A stretch of DNA of 64,000 bases from Somniosus microcephalus (taxonomy: Eukaryota): the NCBI GenBank assembly GCA_052327205.1, contig CM126215.1, positions 77,686,001 through 77,750,000 on the forward strand. The letters are read 5' to 3'. The position numbers and the translations under genes were made by a program. Below the pieces are notes generated by a model that saw nothing but the letters and a program-made list of their open reading frames with translations, made no database searches and was not told the DNA's origin. Each line of letters begins with the position of its first letter. The stretch's first letter is position 1. This document shows positions 1-13,100 of this stretch, in pieces.

Positions 1-246
1 CCGCGGCAAACGTGGGAGTCGAGACCAGAGTTAGTGAGACACAACTGCTTTAATCAACCTCATGGCAAAGAGGAACTGGAAAAGCCCGCGCAACCACTTA
101 AATACTCCCCAGACAGGAAGTGCTCCCGGCAGCCTGTCCCTGCGGGAAACAAGTTGCTGGAGGAAAGGGCCCCCGGCTGGGGGCATCTGCTTAAACTGTC
201 CATGCCGCCGTGAGCGGATTATGTCCAGTGGTGGCGTGTCGCCACA
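1..246 (-). mobile_element. LTR (5' or solo) of a Gypsy-type retrotransposon, running off the window start
   Basis: Minus strand begins TGTGG at 246, with a TATA-like element (~100) and ATTAAA (~49-54). The layout resembles the Gypsy LTR at 63179-63413. Confidence 0.6.
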
Positions 247-589
247 AAATAGTAATAAAGAGCATTGGTCCTAACACCGAGTCCTCAGATACACTACTTG
301 CATCCCTCCCGTCGGAACAACATCCATAATCAATGGTCTCTCTTGCTTTCTATCATGTAGCCTACTTCCTAAACCACAATATTCCATATTCCCCTTAATA
401 CTGTGGGATTTAATTCCTGTGCAGCACTTTATCGAACGCGAAATCACTCTGACAGATATTCACACTTCCCTCTGAAATATTCGAAATCTCAGATTTGCTT
501 TTCAGTGATAATCCACCAAGTTAGTATTTTGATGGTGCAGCCCTTTTGAATTTCTAGATTAAATCAAGACATTTCAACGTGGGGAAAAA

Positions 590-1020
590 AATAATGACCG
601 GAACACGCTGGAGAAGGGGGGCGGGTGTTGCAGGCGAGCAGTGATTTCCATGAAACAAAGCCTGCAGACTTGGGGGGTGAGGGGACTTGCCCGCCTTCAA
701 GACAAAGCGCTGACCGTCCACATGCGTCACAGGACAAGCTGGCCGAGTAGAGCGCATGCGTAACAAAGGCGGCGTTCTGAGGCCGTTAAAAGGCGGCGGG
801 AGGGAGCGGCGCCCTCACGCAGGCGCACTGTCGGCTTCGCGGAAGAGTTTGAGGGGAGGGAGAGAGAGTAGCGGCCACATGAAAAGCGCCACGTTCTGAG
901 CCGGTTCCCATGGTGACGAGGGCAGTGTGTCCTCCCTCCCCCCTTGCTGGTGGCACGGTTCCTGTGTTACACAAACTCCGCCGAGCCGGCCAGATCAGTG
1001 CAGTGCCGCCGGTCAGCACT
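590..1020 (+). promoter_or_regulatory. CpG-rich, TATA-less promoter/5' UTR of SLC22A15
   Basis: Local CpG enrichment; GC boxes (GGGGCGGG ~618, GGCGGG ~795); NRF1-like GCGCATGCGT 752-761; ETS-like CGGAAG ~840; X-box-like GTTCCCATGGTGAC 904-917. Confidence 0.7.
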
Positions 1021-1104
1021 ATGGGGCTGGACGAAGCTTTCAAATCGGTGGGAGAGATCGGTAGATACCAAGTCTACCTCATCATCTTATTAAACTTATT
1101 ACAG
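1021..1104 (+). CDS. SLC22A15: SLC22A15 coding exon 1 ([28 protein letters not shown])
   Basis: ATG in good Kozak context (actATGg); donor CAG|gtgagt; phase 0. Confidence 0.93.
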
Positions 1105-4100
1105 GTGAGTTGAGTTTTCTTTTTTACCCGCGACAGATGAGTGGGCACGTACTTTTTTTTTGTTGCTGCCAGATTGGCAGTGACATGTTTTAGGAGAGGA
1201 AATGAGGTAGCGAGTGCGCATTTTGAATCCGTTTTTTAAAATAAATTAATCCAATGCAGAAGAGTTTGTGAGAACAGGCTTTTAATCATTAGGTGAGGCA
1301 GGGAAGAGGAGTGTTGGTACAAGTTTAACTTACTTTTATTAGCTACTTTTATTTACTAAGTCCAATATTGCATCAGAGGTGGTTTTAGGCTTGTTGCTGT
1401 TGACAGTTAATAACAAAGTGGGGAAAATTGGAGCTTGCCTTTGAAAATCCGAATTCTGGCGTCTGGTTTACATTTTTAGGCTTGTTGAGGCATCTCACTC
1501 TAGTACAGGCCAATCCTATTAACACATCTGAAGAATTCAAACCGCCTGGGGGAAACAAAGGTTGCTTCTATATTGGGAACAACTCTTCAGCTGAATAAAC
1601 CACAAAGTTCTGCATACTTCATTGCTACAACCATATTATTTCAGTTTAGTAAAGATGCACTCTTGAGCTGCACAAGTGTGCTTAACCTGGTGGCTTTGTT
1701 ACCTGAGTGCACACAGACTGCAGCGTTTTTGATGAGTTCCAGTTTATGGCGGGTGAAAGATGGAGGCTGGCAAGGAGAGCATTGGAATAGTCGAGTCTAG
1801 CGGTAACAAAAGCATAGATGAGGGTTTCAGCAGCAGATGGGCTGAGGCAGGGGTGGAGACAGGTGATGTTACAGGTCTTTGTGATGGAGTATATGGGGTA
1901 GGAAGCTCGGCTCGGGGTTAAATAGGACGCTGAGGTAGTGAACCATCTGGTTCAGCCCGAGACAGTGGCCAAGGAGGGGGGATGTAATCGGTGGCTTGGG
2001 AAAAGTTTGTGGTGAGGGCAGAAGACGATGGCTTCTGTCATTCCAGTGTTTTAATTGGAGGAAATAGCCACTCATCCAGTACTGGATGTCGACACAGGCA
2101 GTGGCATGGTCGAGAAAGTTGGTGGGGTAGAGATGCATATCGTCGGGACCCTGATGTCATGTCTTCAGATATGTTGCCGAGGGGCAGCATATAGATGAGA
2201 AATAGAGGGGACCAAGGATAGATCCTTTGAGGTAATGGTGTGGAGGAGAGGAGAAAACGTTGTTGGAGATTATTAATCTGGCAACGACTGGATAGGCAAA
2301 GGCAACCCCACTCAACTTGACAATGGAGGAGAGGTGTTGGAGAAAGAGGATGTGGTCATCCGTGTCAAAGGCTGCAGAGAGGTAGAGAAGGATGAGGAGC
2401 GATAGTGCACCATGGTCACAGTTACAGAGTAGTGGCAGAAGAAGTTCAAGCTTGAATTTGTGGGAAAATTTCTAAAAACTTCCATGGGTAAACTTTGAAT
2501 TATTTAAAACTTCATGTCCTTTTAAGTTAAGGATCCTGCCTCCACATTACAATGATCATTATTAGTTGCAAAAGGACTGTCTGTACTTAATAATCCAACA
2601 GGGACCAGTACTTGCAAAAGCACACATGCCTTCATGTTCATAATCAGTAATTTTTGACTGAAAATAATTGATTGCATTGATTAATTTACAGTTAAAGCCT
2701 ATATTGGAGGATATATTGGCCTTGGAGGGAGTACAGTGTAGGTTTACCAGAATGATACCTGGACTCCAAGGGTTAAATTAAGAGTAGAGATTACACAAAT
2801 TAGGGTTGTATTCCCTAGAATTTAGAAGGTTAAGAGGTGATTTGTTCAAAGTTTGAGATATTAAGGAGAACAGATAGGGTAGATGGAGAGAAACCATTTC
2901 TGCTGGTTGGGGAGTCTAGGACTAGGGGGCATAGTTTAAAAATTAGAGCCAGACCATTCAGGAGTGAAATTAGGGAACACCTCTATACACACACAGGGTG
3001 GTAGAAGTTTGGAATTCTCTTCTGCAAACGGCAGTTAATGTTAGATCAGTTGTTAATTTTAAATCTGAGATTGATAGATTTTTTGTTAACCAAAGGTATT
3101 AAAGGATATGGGCCAAAGTTGGTATTTTGGAGTTGGGTTGCAGATCAGCCATGATCTCATTGACTGGCAGAACAGGCTCGAGGGGCTAAATGGACTACTC
3201 CTGTTCCTATCCAAACTGTCTTTTCTGAATTTAGACATTATAAATTTGTCAAGTAAGTGTCAATCTTCAGAAAATTGGGGTAACTTCTTGCTCAACTGAT
3301 CTCTTTCCTAAGTGATGGCCTCACATCAGTTGTGTGTATTTGTTGATGCAGAGTACGGACACTGGCCACACTCACTCACTGTCCAATGACTCCTTTCCTT
3401 CTCTAGTTTTTTGTTGCCGCTCAAGCCGTCTTCATGACTATAATTGGAGCAGTGTCACCTTATCACTGGGACTTTGGAAAGCTTTCACCTGATCAGAGCC
3501 AGGATAACGCCACAGCCAATGAGAGTGCGGAGTTTAGACATTGGCTTCATGTGACGAATAAGAGTGAGATTCAAAGGCATGTACACTTTGACCCAGGTTT
3601 CTCATCTGTTGTTTCTGAGGTAGGTGAGAATTCCAAGGACCAGACACCTTATTTAGATTTACTGACTTAACATAAATTTACAGTGAAATCTTCAGGGTGT
3701 GTGAAAACATGCTTTGGCTGTTTTTAATTATATTGAAGTGAGGCATCACACAGCCTGTGGAACCGAATTCGAGTTGTGTATTCTAGGCAAAAATAGTGAC
3801 CACTACCAGGAATTTGAACTCTTCTGGCCAAAGTATTTACTCATTTGGAATGAATTAAACTACAGTTTGAACGCCTCCTCATTGACATATTTACTATAAT
3901 TTGACAGTGGTTCCTCATTGGAGATGCTTCGTACAAAGTCAGTATGGCCAGCTCAGTATATTTCTTTGGTGTCTTGGTTGGTGTAATCACTTTTGGACAA
4001 CTTTCTGATCGAATTGGAAGAAAGAAAGCTTACTTGACAGGTATGGTGAATAAACATTATAGGAGGTACTGTTCTTCTATCAAGTTATCAAATTGAGTAA

Positions 4101-7100
4101 ACTAAATGTTACACAGTCAAACTGAATTGAGAACTGTCTGACTGATTGAGAGTACCCTCATGAATCTGTCAATTACTCATCCATTTTGGTGTGCTGGCAG
4201 CAATTTTTTGATGCATGTAATTAAATTCATTTATTACTACAAAAAATAAAAGAACAAAAAATACAAGGTACTGGCTTAGTGACTGTAGTATAACTGCTAC
4301 AATAACAATAATGAACGTCACTGCACTTTATAGGTCAATTTAGTATATGGTCCCAATTAAAGGACTTTGTCCTTCTGAACAGGCTGCTGATCCTCCATGC
4401 ACTAGTAAAGTGTAGGCAATAGGATCACTTGCTAATTTGAAAATAACCAATTGAGGGAAATGGTCCTTAGTTACAACTGCACATTCACTTTTTTTTTAAT
4501 ATAGTTGATGCCACACCAGGTTCTTGTGATTTGAGTATGCAGTGTTCCATTTTTCATTGAGCTCAGTGCAACCTGCAGCAAGATGTGTCTGGCAGTGTAA
4601 TTCTGGTTTCTAGTATAATGGCAGCCTAAAATTAAGAAATTTGAAAGTACACAAATTACCAGCTTGGGGAATGCATAGTGGGGATACTGAAATAAAGAAT
4701 AGAAATGGATGATGCAGAAGTAGAAATTCTATAAAGATCATTTGACATAGAGATCATACATGAAGATTGGGTAATAGTTTATATAACTTTTTTAAAGAAT
4801 AAATGCAATAAAACCAAGCTAATGTGGGGTTTAATTAGAACAATCTCTGCAGTAAAAGGGTTATGTATCATTGTGTACAACATAGACACTAGTAGTATAG
4901 ATAGTTGATTTTACTTTAATGTGCTAAAGTTATTTATGTACATTTTACCTTTCGAAAGACACTGAGCATAGATAGATAGTAGTGATAATTGTACAGAAAC
5001 TGCAGGAATTTGTGCAGCTAACCACCAGATCACTAACAAGTGGCACAATATATTGATCAAGTGCGTACATTCCTCGTGTCCTTAAGGCAGCCCATTGATG
5101 CTGTTGCAAAGCAGGAGTACTAGGGAGGAATATCTGCATTCCTCCTTCTTGGGCAGTCCCTTGGACTTGCTTCCATGCTAAAAATGAGTTCTCAGGTGAC
5201 TGAGTCCAATGCGGGACATCCAGTCTCTGTCAAAGGGGGGGCAGACGGTGGGTGGGGTGCTTGGGTTGACGTGCGCTCCTTCCGCTGTTTGCACTTGGCT
5301 TCCGCTTGCTCCCGGTGAAGAGACTCGGTGTTCGGTGCCTTCCTGGATGCTTATCCTTCACTTTGTGCGGTCTTGGGCCAGGGATTCCCAGGTGTCGGTG
5401 GGGATGTTGCACTTTTTTCAAGGAGGCTTTGAGGGTGTCTTTTGAAGCGTTTCCTCTGCCCACCTGGGGCTCTCTTGCCGTGTCAGAGCTCCGAGTAGAG
5501 CGCTTGCTTTGAGAGTCTCTACCTAAGCACCCTTCCCCACTGTCAATGCATCAGAATAACTTCCAAAAAAATGCATGTGGGTACTTCGTGACATTTGTGG
5601 GTGGAGCTTACTATGTGGAGGCTTTTCCACTCCAACTTTGTTGGCAATTCTATTTAGTAACACCATGAATGAAGTGCAAGTGTGATCCATTTGACAATTA
5701 CAGAAGTCAACAGAAACATTTCCAAAGAACTTTCAGCATTTTTTTTTTTGAAAAAGTAAAAAGACCAAAATTGGTTGCCTTTCTCTTCAGCTAGTTAAAT
5801 CTGTAAATTGTTATAGCTCTAAATGAAAACAAGTTGTACCCTAACTGAGGTGATTTATTATTGTCCTAGGTCTTATTATTGATATAATTTTCGGCATTGT
5901 CAGTGGAGTCACTCCTACATACAATTTCTTTGTGATATCACGTTTCTGTGTTGGCGTGATGAATGGAGGAATGTCATTGGTGTCCTTTGTTCTACTCCAA
6001 GAGTATGTGGCTGTTTCTTATTGGGCACTAACTGGTAAGATATCAATATTGTCCTTTTTTAAAACTTTTCATGGACGAGAGAGGTGTGTGTCTGCATGTA
6101 TGTCCTTTCTGGCTGCACATTTCATTGGTAGAAAAGCAGGAGTGGGGTAGTGAGTCCTTTATGGTTCCCAATGTCTATGCTGTTGATTTAAACTGGCTGT
6201 TACTAGGTGTAGATTAATAGAACGTAGGCCTGCCTTTCGCTTGGGTTTTTTCCTCTCCTGGAAGCCCTCTTAATATCCTAGGATTACATGGGAATGCCCA
6301 GCACGGGAGCAGACCATTTGGCCTGACTGGGCCATGCTGGTGTTTATGCTCCACTCGAGTCTCTGTCAACCCCTCTCTAATCCTATCAACATAACTTCTA
6401 TTCCTTTATCACCTCATGTGTTTATCCAGCTTCTGCTTAAATACATCCATGCTATTTGCCTCAACTGCTCCTTGTGGTAGTGAGTACCACATTCTAGCCA
6501 CTCTCTGGGTAAAGAAGGTTTTCCTGAATTCCCTGTTGAATTTATTAGTGAGTACCTTGTATTATGGCCCCTAATTTTGGTCACCCCTGAGGTGGAAACA
6601 TCTTCTCTGTCTACCCTATTAAATCCTTTCATAATCATCAGTCTTCTATCAGATCACTCTTCAGCCTTCTCTTTTCTAGAGAAAAGAGCCCATGTCCCAT
6701 TTGATCATATGGGGGGGAAGCAATGCAGTGAAGCCCAGTACTAATGTTCATCCACAATCAGTTTCTAGCAGGGGTGGGGTAAAGGTGAACTTTGGCTGAT
6801 TTTTAGTATTTTTCTTGTTTCCTTTGCTAACCCACCCACTCAATGCTGGTCAAGTTGTCTCTGCCATGTTTAATACATAAGTAACATGCCTAGCTTCTAA
6901 AGCCCAACTCGGCTCTGTTTTAAAAAACATATATTGTGAACGATGATGAAGGACTACTCGAGTTTAACTTTACTGCCTTTGTTCAAGAGGCCCAGTGTAC
7001 AGATTTTGGGGGGGGGGGGAGGGAAATAGAATGTTGGGCCTGAAGAAGTTGCTCTTAATTGAGGCTGACATTGAGATAATTGGGTACTATAACTTCTATT

Positions 7101-10100
7101 TTAGATATCTAAAAATAATCTGCATGCTGCTATTCAAGAAATGTTCACTTTAGTTAAGTGTAGTTATAAGACAAAGCAGTGATTAAATCTTAAATCTTAT
7201 CAAATTAATGTAGAATTTAAAAAAAAAAACTTTTTTCTTCCTAGGGTCACTACAGAGCTTTTCATTTGCTGTTGGAATTTCTATGTATGCACTGATTGGA
7301 TACTTTATTCGATCATGGCGGACTTTGGCTATTGTGATCAATATTGAGGGCGTGCTCATCCTGCTTCCGTCTTTGTAAGTTTGCGGTTCTGCATGTACTA
7401 GAGGAAAAATATGAATTAGAAAGCAGCAATTTCCTGGTTCAAGAGGAAGATTTTGTTTCTGGATTTTGACCTGTGACGTCTTGCCTGTTGAGCAAGAAGA
7501 GCGTTGGAAAGAATGAAATTGTTTTGTTTATTCTTTACGCTAAGAGGGAAATTATTTTGTTTTTAAATCTTAGTAAATTGCAACATTTCTTAAGTCGCTT
7601 TTAAAAATGTCATGCTATTTCTAAGCACTGGGGTAAGTGTGCATGATCAACTAACCCTTTTTCTTTTGTGCTTCATGCACCTGACTACATTTGAGAAATT
7701 TCTAAACCTAAAATAATTGCATTTCTTTGAAAGACTGACTTGTAAATGGTCTAAAACAAAATAATTTCACTTGCTAAAGTTCAATGTGTACATTTTGGTT
7801 CCAACTGAAGGCTTAATCATTTCTATTCTTTATTTGTATTAGTCATAATATCTGACATTGGTTTCAAGTTATTTTGGAGCAGTTTCTTTCTTTTAGTTTC
7901 AAAGTGGTGAGTGGGAGGAGAAGAACAATGTAGCTCCTCTCCCATGAAACTTAATGGAATGTAGTCCTGCCTAAGCACTTGCAGTTGACTCCATTACCTA
8001 TGTAGTGCTTATGCAATATCTGCACACTGCTTATTAAAATCCAGTTTGAAAGTTTGGCTCTAGTTTCAACATATGGTTGTAGTACCACAAATTTGGAGGA
8101 GCAGACAACTTGCCTCTGTCACCCAAGCATTAATTGCATGTTGTTTGCTTTAATGCATGTTGTCTACTTCTTAGCTTTAGATGACTATTATGAAGGCTAT
8201 CCTATTGCATGGCATGGACATTATACATTGGGTAAGAAATTGTAAAACTTGTTCACTACCTGGTCATTTAACTTATTCATTTTTTTTTTCTTCTCCCTTC
8301 ATAGCCTTTCACCACTGTTGGTTGAAGAGGTATTTCTATAATTTTTCAGAATGTATTATATCGTGACACTTTTTCAGGCAGGAGAAGACCATTGGTCCAT
8401 CGAGCCCACATGTCCACAGAATTCCCTTGGTGCATTTCTAATGCACCAGAACCCCATTTGTTGACGAGAACCTGTCTAGTTCCTTCTTAAAACCTATTAC
8501 GATTTCTTGTTCACCCCCCCCCCCCCCCCCCCCCCCCACTAGTAATCTGTGGGGGTGGGGTGGGGTCTCATATCTCTTGGGGGTGGGTTAGGCAGGGATG
8601 CTGGATCTGGGAAGTAAGTGTAAAGGCACTTACCTCCTGGGTCCAACAGTCCTTGCCTTACTTTAGCAGGTGGGTTTCACAAGGCCTGCAAAACCCCACC
8701 AGCCACGGCTAAATTTCAAATTGTAGTTAAATCTAAGGCACGCCAGCCTCGTTGTAATATATTTCAATAGGAGACCTGCCTCCAGGGAGTGGTTGACTGC
8801 CCGCCCTGCCTCTGTTAAAACCGGGTGGGTGGGTTGGAGGCAGGTTCTGGTCGGGATTCAGATTTTTAACATTAACTTCCCACCTGACCCCCCAACCCAC
8901 CCATTTATTTTGGTTAAAATTCCCCCAATATGTCTGAACCTGTCATAATTTTAAACACTTCTGGCGTCCCTCAGTCTACTTCAAGAGAGAAAAGATCCAG
9001 GTAGTCAATCTTTGATCATTTTCTTCTGGGATCAACCATGTAGCTGCTCTCTTTACCCCCTCCAATAACTGAATATCCTTTTTGAAACCGGCAAACCAAA
9101 ACTGCCATAATACTTCAATGTGGCCTCGCCAGGGCCAAATATTTTTTTTTAAATTACCTCTCTGGATCTTTGTTATGCCTCCCAACATTCTGTTGCTTTT
9201 TTCGCAGGTTGGAAACATTGTGCTGATGGTTTTAGTGACCTGTCCACTAAAACCCCAAGATTCCTCTTCTCCAATTCCTCAAGTATAATTTCATTCAGCA
9301 CATAATCCACAGCAACTTTCCATTTGCCAAATCTCATAACCTTACACTTCCCTGTACTAAATTGCATCTGCCATTTCTCCACCCACTGATCAACCTTGTC
9401 GATGTTTTTGAATTTGTGCACATTGATTTTCATCATTTGGTATTACTCCCAATTTGGTGTCATCTGCAAATTTGGACACTTCAGACACAATTGCTTCCTC
9501 TAAATCATTTACAAAAGTTCTAAATAGCTTAGGCCCTTGAACCTAGTGGCACTCCAGAGGTAACTGGTTGCTAACCAGATACCTGTCCATGCACTACTAC
9601 TCATTGTTGTCTACTGACCAACCATTTGCCAATCCATTTTAATAGATTCTATCTCATGGCCTATCATCTGGGGCAGTATCCAATGCCTTCCTGAAATCCA
9701 GATAGCTTATACCCACTGTACACCATCTACTAATTTGGTCATCTTGTTAAATCCAATAAATTAGTCAAGCATGACCTCCCACTCCTAAAGCCATGCAGAC
9801 TATCTCTGATTAGCTCATGTCACTCGAGGTTCTCCTTTTATATTACACTCAATACAAAGAAACACTTTCCCCAACAGTGAAAGTAAGGCTTATAATTTGG
9901 TTCATCCCTTGCCTCTGGGATTTGGTCTGTCTAGTGAACTCTGGGAAAATATCCACAAGAGAACAGTCACCTGTATCAATTCCTTCAGAACCCTGGGATG
10001 AAAGTTGTTAGAGCCAGGAGTCTTATCTGCCTTGAGCTACATTGAGACCTTTCAGTCTGCATTCACCTTTAAGCTGTACCTCTAGTTTTGTAATTTCTCC

Positions 10101-13100
10101 CCCATCCTCCATTTCCTCAATTTCTCTTGCAAACACTGTTGAAGTTAAGTTCTACAGCTTTATCTTCTGACATCACTTCCCCATTGTCCTTTTTTGGTGG
10201 GCCAACTCCTTTTTGCACCCTTTGTTTACTTCTGACAGACTTGAAGAATGCTTTACTGTTCTGCTTTGTTTCCAGCTATGTGTTCCTCGTGATCCCGTGT
10301 CACTTTATTGACATTCCTTAGCCTATCTTTGTAGATCTCCCTATCCTGTTCCTTTGCTAAATATTTATTAATTTTGTATGCTTTCTCTTTCTCCCTGATG
10401 CCCCTCATAACTTTTAGTTAATAAATAAAACAGGTCTTACTCTTTTATTCTGTCTTTGACCTATTTCAGGGATAAATTCTTTTGCATCGTAAAGTATCTC
10501 TTTGAAATAATTTCACTTTCCTTCCACATCTCTTCCTATCAGTAGCTCTTTACATTTTACCATTCCCATGCATTCTGTCATATATTCTTAAAATTTGCTT
10601 CCTTTCTGTTTTCTGCCCTCATGTATACCCTGGATGTCAGAACATTATGGTCATTGATCCCAAATGTTCCCTTACTTTGCTTATTCCTCGTGATCCATTG
10701 CCGCCTTTACCCTTTCTACAAGCACATTGGTGCCTGTCCCTCCTGAACAGCTTCCCTCTGTCCCAGAACTGGTTCTAATGTCATAGGAATCTGAATCTCT
10801 CCCCCCTGTGCCATCTCAAGCCACGCAATAATGGATCTACTCTGTCCTTGCCTAACCTGCGCAGCGCATGGCACGGGAAGTAATTCTCAGATGCAGAGTA
10901 GCTGCCACAATTGCCATTTAACAGTGACTGCACATTATTGGATGCAAAACTTTCTTAGACTGAGCTATAGTATAATGGTACTACAGCAAAGTTACCTATA
11001 ATAATAACATATAATACAAAGGATCAGCTATGGATCAACTGCATGCTCCAACTGCACCTAAACAATTTCACCTGCTTCCTGCTGACCAATATCCTCCCTC
11101 ACTATCTCAATTATATTGCTCTTCAACATAAATCTATATCGCCTCCTTTTGTGATCCATCCTATCCTTTCAGGATCCCTTGTACCCATTTAATTGCGTGC
11201 GATCCATCACTATTATCCAACCATGCTAATAGATCAGCCATGATCAAGTTGAATGGCAGAACAGGCTCAAGGGGCTGAATGGCCTGATCCTGTTCTATGT
11301 TCCAACAGGTTCAGAGATGCCAGTTGTATCTAAATTTACAATAGAAGCATATGGCTATAATTCCAACATTTTATTTCTAATACTAATAGCATCAACATAA
11401 AAACAATTCCAGAAATTCTGTACACCTCACCCTTGGAATAAGGGGTCAGCTATTTAGGACTGAGATGAGGAGAAATTTCTTCACTCAGTGTTGTGAATCC
11501 TTGGAATTCTCTACCCCAGAGGGCTGTGGATGCTCAGTCGTTTAGTATATTCAAGTCAGGGATAGATAGATTTTTGGATCCAAGGAATTAAGGCATATGG
11601 GAATAGTACAGTAAGGTGCAGTTGATGTAGATCAGCCATGAACTTATTGAATGGCGGAGCAGGCTCAAAGGGCCAAATGGTGGTCTACTGCTCCTATTTC
11701 TTTTGTGCTTATGAGTAAACACTAATTCAAATACAATAAGTTGTACTGCTACCATCAGCTGCCCTGCAATTTCCAATCACAGGGCAAACTTGCTTCTCCT
11801 TTTTAACTCCAGGTAATTGTGGAAACCTTTGATGAACCCAGCCCCCAAATGAGCAGTAACATTCCAGAGACCAAAACCCTACTGCTTTATACTTAAATTT
11901 AATCACCATTTTCTGGTAATTGTACTTTTAAGAGAACAGCATTCTTATTCATAATATCATCAATTACTACATGCTGCAAGAAAAAGTAAATAGCTGCAAT
12001 TTACTGTAAAGTATCAATCTACCAAATACTTTGTCTTTCACTTCATGGTGAACTTTAGCGATTTCGCCTTCCAGGGATGTAGTTTTTGCAGATTTAAGAC
12101 CTGTAAAAAGAGCTTGTGACATTTATTGAATAAACCTTAATACAGTCAGAAGGGTTTCAGTTCAACCCCTGGGCTTGCTACATTAACAGTATTGGGCATA
12201 AGAAAGTACAATCTGATTCCTACGGAGCAAAGCTTTGTTTATGGGAGTGGCTTTTGGCACTAAGCATGAAGAAAATACCTTGTAAAAACCCAAAACTGGT
12301 ACGCAAGTCCATAGAGCGTGGTTTGGGGGGGGGGGGGATCTCATTTTGTTATTGGCTGCATGTCTGTGGAAAGGTTACTTCTTGATATAGCCATAATCTT
12401 CGTTGAACTTTTGGTGTTATTCTTGACAGTTGATGTGGCATCCTGTAAGCAGGGTTGTTTGTAAATCACTCTGTGCTAGAGTATGTTCGCAGGTAGTATT
12501 TTAATTGTTTTTTGATACATTGTTGTCAAGGAATAGTTGGCAGCATATTGCAGGAAAATTCTGTATACTGTTTCTACTGGAAGACTTTCCTTCATCACAG
12601 AAGCTTTTATTTGTATTTCGGGTGAGAGTCAGTTACGCCAATTTGTATTTTGCTCAATGTTTAGTATCTTACTGGGTGAACAGGTACACAACTGGAATTG
12701 ATGTGTTTATTCCAGCTGTTGCTCAGTTTTATTTTACAAAGAATATATTGTGACTGTCTTTTTGCAGAGGTATCCCAGAATCTCCACGTTGGCTGTGCGC
12801 TCAGGGGCGGTGGAGTGAAGCAGAGAATATCCTTGAGAACATTGCGAAGAAAAATGGTCAGAAGTGTACAGTGACCCTGAAGCCACCATCTGTCCAAAAT
12901 GGTGGTGAATCAGCTAGTGTCTTTGACCTTTTTCGGCATCGAGTTCTCTTGGGGCGGACATTGATAATGATGTATGTGTGGTACGTCTTGGAAACTATTT
13001 TGGTACACTGCTTTACTCTTTATAGTTGTGCACCACACCATCATTTTTCTGCTCTGTCTTAATTGTCCATCTAGATCTAGGGCATTGTATCAAGGTCTAT

